NCBI GenBank assembly: GCA_902618385.1
Contig: CACNAF010000002.1
Coordinates: 30,988 to 94,987 of the forward strand
From: an uncultured Alphaproteobacteria bacterium
GTDB lineage: Bacteria > Pseudomonadota > Alphaproteobacteria > HIMB59 > GCA-002718135
Length of the DNA stretch: 64,000 nt
Direction: 5' to 3'
Part shown: one piece after another, positions 26,599 to 33,514 of the stretch
Layout of the letters: each line of letters begins with the position of its first letter
Position numbering within the stretch: position 1 is the first letter of the stretch
Position numbers and translations under genes: made by a program
The notes under the pieces: generated by a model
Seen by the model: only the letters and a program-made list of their open reading frames with translations
Told to the model about the DNA's origin: nothing
The model's database searches: none

Positions 26599-27705
26599 AT
26601 GAAAAAAAATTTCAGGTTTTATGATAACAGACAAAAATACTTGCTATTTGTCACAACAACAAATGAAAAAAATCAAATTGCTGATGCTATACGCCCTCAC
26701 GTAAATAAAATTAAACCTCAAAAACCTGGCATAAAAATATTTGATGCTGGTATGGGTGATGGTTCCTTACTTATGAATGTTATGCGTCAGTGCCACGAGG
26801 CTGAGCCTAACGTACCTTTATTAGTTTGCACAAAAGAAATAAGCATAGAAGATGTAAGATTAGGTTTAGAAAAGTTACCCGATAGGTTTGTTGAGCATAA
26901 GAATACCGTTTTTGTCATTTCAAATCTACACTACGCGGAAGCCGCAAACCTAAAATCAAAAAATGAAGTTAAACAGAAAAAAATTAATTGGAATATTATT
27001 AAATTAAAAGGAGATACCTCTCTTGAATTTGCCCAACAATTAAGAGAACAAAATGAATTTCTAGAAAAAAAATGGAATATAGAAATTAATAAAAAATCAG
27101 GTAACCATACTTATAAAGAGCCTTCAGTCATGGTTATCTACCGCGAAGATCAAGAATTTAATGTTAATGAATTAATACCTACCAAAAAAAAATCAGATAA
27201 TAAATTTGATCTTATTATTGCTTCACAGCCTTATCGTTCAAGAATTTCAGCAGAAAAGAAATCAAAATACGTCATCGAACCAATGATTCGAGCGTTAAAA
27301 TCAAAAGGGAAATTATTAACTATTCATGCTTCAGGAAAAGATCCTGCTAATGAAATAATTCGTAAAATTTGGCCAAAAGAGAACCCATTTCCTTCTCTTG
27401 GAAATAGTATCATTTCTTATCTTAAGAAAAATTTAGATAAAGATCTATTAAGTAGTTTATCGTTTGGAGAAAAAAGAATTATTAAATGTAAATTGAGAGC
27501 TCTACCAACAGAAATCAGTGGAGGTATAGCGACATCATTAGTTTTTTCTGCTTGGAATGCGTCCATATATGTCAATCAAATGGATGATGATCAAGTAATG
27601 AAGGTAGAAAAAACAAGAAATTATGAAAAAGTAGTCCAGAAAATAGTTTCAAAAAATAAAGGCCTTTATTTTAACAATGAAATATTTGTAATCGAAAAAA
27701 AATAA
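26599..27705 (+). CDS. class I SAM-dependent methyltransferase-like protein with a large internal insertion, function unknown
   Basis: Motif I IKIFDAGMGDGSLL, acidic post-I residue in CTKEIS. After about 120 aa come motif II FDLIIASQPY and motif III LKSKGKLLTI. 368 aa. Confidence 0.55.
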   Translation: MKKNFRFYDNRQKYLLFVTTTNEKNQIADAIRPHVNKIKPQKPGIKIFDAGMGDGSLLMNVMRQCHEAEPNVPLLVCTKEISIEDVRLGLEKLPDRFVEHKNTVFVISNLHYAEAANLKSKNEVKQKKINWNIIKLKGDTSLEFAQQLREQNEFLEKKWNIEINKKSGNHTYKEPSVMVIYREDQEFNVNELIPTKKKSDNKFDLIIASQPYRSRISAEKKSKYVIEPMIRALKSKGKLLTIHASGKDPANEIIRKIWPKENPFPSLGNSIISYLKKNLDKDLLSSLSFGEKRIIKCKLRALPTEISGGIATSLVFSAWNASIYVNQMDDDQVMKVEKTRNYEKVVQKIVSKNKGLYFNNEIFVIEKK

Positions 27706-27709
27706 TTTT

Positions 27710-28498
27710 TTATTTAAACCAATTAACTTCTGTTTTTAAAAAATCCTCTGTATGAATAATTAATGCGTCAGATCGAATTATTGCAACATTATAATTTGTA
27801 TCTGTATTTGCCGTTCCTAAACGATATTCATTTGAAAAGTTAGGTATTAGAGGAGACCAAGTACTTCTTGGGGAGGAAAAAGTAATACCACAATAAGAGC
27901 CAGAACTTGTAATGTGTTGATGACCAAAAAAAATATGTTTTATTATCTTATTATTTTTCGTTAAAATTTGTTGAAACTCTTTTTTTTGTTGTAATCCTAT
28001 TCCATCACTTTCCTCTTTTACTAATGCCAGTGGATTATGATGCATAAAGATGTACGTATCCGTATTAGTCTTACTTAAAATATTATTTAACCATTCTTGC
28101 CTCTCTTCACAATAATGTCCTTGGTGAGTGTTAATCAGATTAGTATCTATAAAAATTAAACGTTTATTATCTATATCCTTAAAGTATTGAATAAATCCAT
28201 TTGGATCGGTTTCAATATTAGGAAAGTTTATTTTAAATTCATCTCTGTTATCATGATTACCTATAATTAGTTGAGGATTTAAATTCTTCGGCAGACCTGC
28301 TTCATCAATTATTTTTAAAAATAACTGATAAGAATCTTTATCACCTAAGTCTGTAATATCACCTGTGATGGCAAATAAATCTGCATCACCATGATTATTT
28401 TTTATATGAGTTAATGCTTTTTTAAATTTACTGACAGGATCTATGCCATGAATCTTATCTATATAAATATGAGGGTCTGAAAGGTGAATAATTTTCAT
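27710..28498 (-). CDS. metallophosphoesterase, GpdQ/CpdA-like phosphodiesterase
   Basis: All calcineurin-like motifs are present: HLSDPH, TGDITDLG, GNHDNR, FMHHNP, GHQH. Colinear with Enterobacter GpdQ as I recall it. 262 aa. Confidence 0.8.
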   Translation of the reverse strand: MKIIHLSDPHIYIDKIHGIDPVSKFKKALTHIKNNHGDADLFAITGDITDLGDKDSYQLFLKIIDEAGLPKNLNPQLIIGNHDNRDEFKINFPNIETDPNGFIQYFKDIDNKRLIFIDTNLINTHQGHYCEERQEWLNNILSKTNTDTYIFMHHNPLALVKEESDGIGLQQKKEFQQILTKNNKIIKHIFFGHQHITSSGSYCGITFSSPRSTWSPLIPNFSNEYRLGTANTDTNYNVAIIRSDALIIHTEDFLKTEVNWFK

Positions 28499-28518
28499 TA
28501 TTAAATATAAATTTATAA

Positions 28519-29151
28519 TTAAATCGCAGTTTTAAAATAAATATACTTATTAAATTCTTCTTTTAAGTCGATGCTAACTCTTGCATGTACTTTACCTTGT
28601 TTTCCTTGAAACGATTGTTTTTCTGTAACTGGAAACACCCCTTCATGCCAAATATTTGGATGAATATACAAACCTTTTGATCCGTCACAATAAAATGCTT
28701 TAAAATGTTCTGGTTCAATGTCGTCTGTAGGTAAGGCTAAAGGACAAATAAATGGTTTATTTTCTGTAGGAAAAAAAAGCTGACCTCCATCAGGATGATA
28801 ATTTGCATGCCATAAAAAAATTTTTGTTGGATCTGAATATTTATCTTTTTGTAATTCTTGATCAGGATTATTGGCATAACCCAGTATATATTTTCCATCT
28901 ACTTCATAATCGCTCTTATGTTGGACAGCATTATTTTGTCCATAAAGCACGTCACCTTGCCACCAGGTATCAAAAGAACCTTCGGTAGTTCCACCTTCAT
29001 TACCAGTTCCCTCTTCTATGTCACGCCATCCTTGTTTTGGCCAAGTAACAATTTCAATATCACTATTTTCAAAACTATCGATTAAATACCCGTATCCTTT
29101 AAGATTTTCATTTGTTGCTTTAACTAAAGGTATTTCAATTTCTTTTGTCAT
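28519..29151 (-). CDS. ureidoglycolate-lyase (AllA)-like beta-barrel protein, function unknown
   Basis: Colinear with E. coli AllA as I recall it: LKGYGYLID vs FSAYGDVIE, ANYHPDGGQLFFP vs ERHPLGTQAFIP, GLYIHPNIWHEGVF vs GVNYHRNVWHHPLF. It carries about 50 extra residues. Confidence 0.6.
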   Translation of the reverse strand: MTKEIEIPLVKATNENLKGYGYLIDSFENSDIEIVTWPKQGWRDIEEGTGNEGGTTEGSFDTWWQGDVLYGQNNAVQHKSDYEVDGKYILGYANNPDQELQKDKYSDPTKIFLWHANYHPDGGQLFFPTENKPFICPLALPTDDIEPEHFKAFYCDGSKGLYIHPNIWHEGVFPVTEKQSFQGKQGKVHARVSIDLKEEFNKYIYFKTAI

Positions 29152-29158
29152 TTTTTTG

Positions 29159-30256
29159 TTAGTTTAATGTTAATCCCAACTCAGTAACAACTTCTTTTAC
29201 AGCTTTTATTGTATCCATCATGTCTTGTTCATTTAAATTACCAATACACCCAATTCTAAAAGTTTCTGCCACTGTTAGTTTTCCTGGATAAATTAAAAAA
29301 TCTTTTTCACTAAGAGCATTATAAAATTTATCAAAGTTAAATTTAGGATCATTAGGATGTTTAAAAGTAATAATAATTGGTGCTTGTAAATTATCAGGAA
29401 GTAGTTGCTCAAATCCCAACTCTTTCATTCCATTACAAATAATTTCACAATTTTTTTTATATCTTTTACCTCTTCCCTCTACACCGCCTTGTTCTTTATG
29501 TTCCTCAATCGCTTGGTTGAATGCAGCCAATACGTGTGTTGGAGGTGTAAATCGCCATTGTTTATTTTTTTCCATTGCTTGCCATTGATCATACAAGTCT
29601 AGACTTAGTGAGTGACTATTGCCTTTTGCATTTTGAATAACTTCATTTTTAACAAGAATGAAACCAACACCTGGCACACCTTCTAAGCATTTGTTTGATG
29701 AAGCGGCTACAGCATCAAAAGTAATTGTTTTAGAACTTAAGGGTAATGCACCAAAGGCACTCATTGCATCGATGAATAACGATAAGTTTTTCCCTTCAAC
29801 CAATTTTGCAATCTCTTCAATAGGATTTAAAATACCCGATGTTGTTTCACAATATACAGCAAAGACGTGTGTTAAGTTGTTGCTATCAATTAACTCTTCA
29901 ATTTTATTGATGTCATGTACTTCATGTTCAGCAACTTCATATTCAATAAAATCTCTCCCTAAATAAGTGCACATTTTTTTCATTCTTTGTCCGTAAGCAC
30001 CATTGATCAGAATCAGAATTTTAGAATCTTTTTGAGTAAGAGAGCTCACCATTGACTCTACAGCAAAAGTTCCACTTCCCTGCATTGGAACACATTGATA
30101 TTTATCTTCACCGTCTATTAATTTAACAAGGGAATCTCTAATTGATGCATTGAGATCAATAAATTTTGTATCTCTCGAACCCCAATCATGAAGCATAGCC
30201 TCTTTTGTTGACATCGATGTCGTGAGAGGACCAGGGGTTAATAATTTTTTATCCAT
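29159..30256 (-). CDS. phnW: 2-aminoethylphosphonate--pyruvate transaminase
   Basis: Class V aminotransferase. LLTPGPLTTS N-terminus and HDWGSRDTKF, as in characterised PhnW. 365 aa. Confidence 0.85.
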   Translation of the reverse strand: MDKKLLTPGPLTTSMSTKEAMLHDWGSRDTKFIDLNASIRDSLVKLIDGEDKYQCVPMQGSGTFAVESMVSSLTQKDSKILILINGAYGQRMKKMCTYLGRDFIEYEVAEHEVHDINKIEELIDSNNLTHVFAVYCETTSGILNPIEEIAKLVEGKNLSLFIDAMSAFGALPLSSKTITFDAVAASSNKCLEGVPGVGFILVKNEVIQNAKGNSHSLSLDLYDQWQAMEKNKQWRFTPPTHVLAAFNQAIEEHKEQGGVEGRGKRYKKNCEIICNGMKELGFEQLLPDNLQAPIIITFKHPNDPKFNFDKFYNALSEKDFLIYPGKLTVAETFRIGCIGNLNEQDMMDTIKAVKEVVTELGLTLN

Positions 30257-30344
30257 TAAATATTTACTTAATAAATATTATTATAAATTTGATCAATCTT
30301 ATTAAAGTTGGAATTGAATTTATTTTCTAATAAGTTAATTATAA

Positions 30345-30920
30345 ATGAGAATGGAAGAAAATATCGTAGATTATCTCTTAGATCTTTTGAAAACAAAAGG
30401 TGCTGATATTCAATATGGTAATGAGGATGTGACTCAGCTTGAGCACGCACTCCAATGTGCTGAACTTGCTGAAAAACATAAATTACCAGGACCAACAATT
30501 GCTGCAGCATTACTGCATGATGTTGGCCACCTTATTTATGAGGACGGCGATCCCATTCATGAAGGGAAAGATGGTCATCATGAAAACTTAGGTGCTGATT
30601 TTTTAAAAAAATATTTTGGTGAAGATGTTATTTTACCAATTAGAGCACATGTTGATTCAAAAAGATATTTATCAAGTGTTGAAGAAGGTTATTATGATAG
30701 TCTATCAGAAGCATCGAAACTTTCGTTAAAAGTTCAAGGCGGTCCTTTCACAAAAGAAGAAGCAGATGCGTTTATCAGCAAACCTTTTATGGATGAGGCA
30801 GTAGAGCTTAGAAGATTTGATGATCTAGCAAAAATTCTAGATAAAAAAACTCCCGATGTTGAACATTTTCGCCCCTATTTAGAAGAAGCAAGACAGTCTT
30901 TTTTAGCTAAACAAGCGTAA
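30345..30920 (+). CDS. phnZ: HD-domain diiron oxygenase PhnZ family (C-P cleaving; 1-hydroxy-2-aminoethylphosphonate dioxygenase-like)
   Basis: QLEHALQCA, AALLHDVGH, HHENLGADFL, AHVDSKRYL and LSEASKLSLKVQGGPF are colinear with characterised PhnZ as I recall it. 191 aa. Confidence 0.8.
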   Translation: MRMEENIVDYLLDLLKTKGADIQYGNEDVTQLEHALQCAELAEKHKLPGPTIAAALLHDVGHLIYEDGDPIHEGKDGHHENLGADFLKKYFGEDVILPIRAHVDSKRYLSSVEEGYYDSLSEASKLSLKVQGGPFTKEEADAFISKPFMDEAVELRRFDDLAKILDKKTPDVEHFRPYLEEARQSFLAKQA

Positions 30921-31445
30921 ATGCAATTTAGCAATTATGATTTTATTGACTCTAAGTCATTTGCAGGAAAAATTATATTAACTTCTTTTCCAGGTCTTAA
31001 CTCTAATGGTTTATTTGAAGAAACAATTTTAGCAAACGAATTAGAAATGTTTAAAAATAATAATTGTAGTTCTATTACTTCTTTTGTTGAAGATAGCGAA
31101 TTTGAAAAATTGTGTGATAAAACTTTGTTTGTCAAAAGTATTTATAAACATAAATTACATTGGTACCATTTACCCATTTATGACATGGGAGCACCAGATA
31201 AAGATTTTAAATATAAATGGGAAACAACAAAAGTTTTATTAAAGAACGAATTGATAGATGGTAAAAATATAGTCTTACATTGTCGTGGAGGAAAAGGAAG
31301 AGCTGGCACTATAGCTGCTATTTTACTTGTTGAATTTAATTATGAAAAACAAGAAGCTATTGATCTTGTACGATCAAGAAGAAAAGGAGCTATTGAATCT
31401 AAAATACAGAAAGATTTTATTTTTTCTTATCGAGCAGTTAATTAA
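30921..31445 (+). CDS. cysteine-dependent (dual-specificity/CDKN3-like) phosphatase
   Basis: P-loop HCRGGKGRAGT (HCX5R-S/T). 174 aa. The ATG directly abuts the phnZ stop. Confidence 0.75.
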   Translation: MQFSNYDFIDSKSFAGKIILTSFPGLNSNGLFEETILANELEMFKNNNCSSITSFVEDSEFEKLCDKTLFVKSIYKHKLHWYHLPIYDMGAPDKDFKYKWETTKVLLKNELIDGKNIVLHCRGGKGRAGTIAAILLVEFNYEKQEAIDLVRSRRKGAIESKIQKDFIFSYRAVN

Positions 31446-32494
31446 AAAGAGACCGTTAAATTAAAAATATTTTCTAGAATAAATAAAACAATTAAAGAAA
31501 TTAAAGCTGCAATTATAGGTAGCGTCATCCAACCCAAAGAAATTCTACCCGCAATTGACCATTGAACCTCTTTTCCTCCTTTTAAAAGACCAATTCCAAT
31601 TACGCCGCCAACAACAGCTTGGGAACTTGATACTGGTACCAAAGGTATAGAGGGAAGATTTATAGATTGTAAAAAAGCACTTATGCCCTGGGATGCAAAT
31701 AAAAATAAAACAATAGAATGCGATATAACAACAATAAATGCTGCCACTGGTGTCATTTTTAAGAGATCATTACCCACGGTAAACATAACTCTTTTCGAGT
31801 AGGTAAAAACACCAACAGCTATGGCTAAACCACCCAGCAGAAATAGTTGTTCTTTTGAGGAAAAGACAAATAAATTTCCAATAGTAACATCAGTAAACGG
31901 TGATATAGGTACGAAGACACCCATTACATTGGCAATATTGTTTGCACCTAAACTATAAGCACCAAAAGCACCGGCTAAAAGTAAAGCTGTTCTTGTATAG
32001 GCATCAAGTCTGAGAATATGTAACTTTCTATTGAGTATAACTCTTTTTGTAAAAGTAAATAAACCCATTGCAATAACTCCTGCAATAATAGGACAGAGTA
32101 TCCATGTTCCTAAAATAGTAATTAAAACTTGAAGATTAGTTGAAGATCCCGTGTATAAATTCCAACCAACAATTGCTCCAACAATCGCTTGCGTTGTAGA
32201 AACAGGCAAGCCAACTTTGGTCATTAAATAAACGGATATGCCTGCAGCCACACATGCTGCAAAGGCACCAGGTAATGCATTAATAGCACCTAACTTACCT
32301 AAAGTTTCTGTTGTTCCTGCTCCACTAATAATTGCACCTAGAATAACAAAGACACTACAAATTATTGCTGCACTTGTGAAACTAACCATTCGCGTCCCAA
32401 CAGCAGTTCCAAAAACATTTGCTGCATCATTGGCGCCAAGTGACCAACCTAAAAAAAGACCACCAAATAAAAAAATCAGAATTGTAATTTCCAT
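31442..32494 (-). CDS. inorganic phosphate transporter, PiT (PHO4) family
   Basis: Duplicated GANDAANVFG and GANNIANVMG signature. About 10 TM segments. 350 aa. Confidence 0.88.
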   Translation of the reverse strand: MEITILIFLFGGLFLGWSLGANDAANVFGTAVGTRMVSFTSAAIICSVFVILGAIISGAGTTETLGKLGAINALPGAFAACVAAGISVYLMTKVGLPVSTTQAIVGAIVGWNLYTGSSTNLQVLITILGTWILCPIIAGVIAMGLFTFTKRVILNRKLHILRLDAYTRTALLLAGAFGAYSLGANNIANVMGVFVPISPFTDVTIGNLFVFSSKEQLFLLGGLAIAVGVFTYSKRVMFTVGNDLLKMTPVAAFIVVISHSIVLFLFASQGISAFLQSINLPSIPLVPVSSSQAVVGGVIGIGLLKGGKEVQWSIAGRISLGWMTLPIIAALISLIVLFILENIFNLTVSF

Positions 32495-32500
32495 TGAAAA

Positions 32501-33163
32501 TTAAACGGAGCGTTTAATAGCGTAAATTTGAACCTCGTCAGCTATGTCTTCTGCTTGATCACAAATACGATCAATCTTCTCTACAAAATATCGAAGATGC
32601 ATTTTTTGATCTAGAGGTAATTCAGAATCAAAAATTCTTCTTGCAAGTGCACTAAATTTTATATCAGATTCTTTTTCATAAAAAGTTACTTTATGAGCAT
32701 TATCTCTAACAGATTTAATATCTCTAAAAAATGATCTTACAGTTAAACATAATGATTCAACACAATTTACAACAGTCTCTGTTAACTCAATAAGATCTTC
32801 ATGAAATTCTTTTGGAAAATTAGGTTTTTGAATAGAGAAGTGATAGCAATTTCCTTGGTACATTCCAATTAATTCGTCGATGTGTTCTAGAAGTCGTAAC
32901 ACATCACTTCTTGCATCTGGGATTAGTGTTTCTTCATAAAGAGTATGCTCAACATCTTTCGTAATTTTGTCGGCCTTACTTTCCATTTCTTTAACTTTTT
33001 CAACCATTTCCTCAAATTTACCATTGGCGGAATGATTGAGATAAGTTGGAACTATCGATTTAAATACTAAGCCCACTTCAGAGACAATATCAACAAACTC
33101 ATCAATTTCTCTTTCAAGCTTTTTGGTATCACCAAATAATGATGCACTTTTTAATCCAAACAT
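32501..33163 (-). CDS. DUF47 / PhoU_div family protein (PiT-associated regulator)
   Basis: 220 aa, helical. Conserved position immediately upstream of pit. Confidence 0.8.
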   Translation of the reverse strand: MFGLKSASLFGDTKKLEREIDEFVDIVSEVGLVFKSIVPTYLNHSANGKFEEMVEKVKEMESKADKITKDVEHTLYEETLIPDARSDVLRLLEHIDELIGMYQGNCYHFSIQKPNFPKEFHEDLIELTETVVNCVESLCLTVRSFFRDIKSVRDNAHKVTFYEKESDIKFSALARRIFDSELPLDQKMHLRYFVEKIDRICDQAEDIADEVQIYAIKRSV

Positions 33164-33200
33164 GGCGTGCTTATAGAACTTTTTAAAAAAAAAGAAAGAA

Positions 33201-33218
33201 ATGTTAAATTTTTGTTAC
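33201..33218 (+). promoter_or_regulatory. candidate Pho box upstream of the small membrane protein and arsC
   Basis: ATGTTAA-ATTT-TTGTTAC, then TAATAT 8 nt downstream. Confidence 0.4.
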
Positions 33219-33286
33219 AATTTGATTAATATCTTTATCTTTAAGTAAAGTGTAATATTCGCAATCTATAGAATTTAGGAGAAGAT

Positions 33287-33514
33287 ATGACAGATTTATC
33301 AATTAATAGAATTAAGTGGTTTAGCACCGCGTTAATTTTATCAGGAATATTATTAACCAATTTAAATGCGTATCCAATTAACATAATTATTCACGGTACA
33401 GGTGCTGTTGGTTGGTCAATTGTTGGTTATATGACAAAAGATAGAGCTCTGCTCACAAACTTTGGTTTACAACTCCCACTATTTATTTTTGGATATATTT
33501 ATTTGCTGACATGA
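33287..33514 (+). CDS. small 3-TM membrane protein, unknown function
   Basis: 75 aa with three hydrophobic helices. AGGAG lies 6 nt upstream. Its stop overlaps the arsC start (ATGA). Confidence 0.55.
   Translation: MTDLSINRIKWFSTALILSGILLTNLNAYPINIIIHGTGAVGWSIVGYMTKDRALLTNFGLQLPLFIFGYIYLLT

Noticed and set aside
26599-27705. The split methyltransferase as ArsM (arsenite methyltransferase) or as a betaine-lipid enzyme (BtaA/BtaB).
   Set aside because: It lacks the conserved Cys set required by ArsM. I saw no resemblance to the BtaA/BtaB motifs I can recall, and it has no membrane association. It is left as unknown.
24400-27705. The MetE-like gene plus the 368-aa protein as a MesD/MesX-type oxygen-dependent methionine synthase pair.
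   Set aside because: The two genes are separated by the ADH, and I cannot verify any DUF1852 similarity by eye. It should be tested by HMM search, but the sequence alone does not support it.
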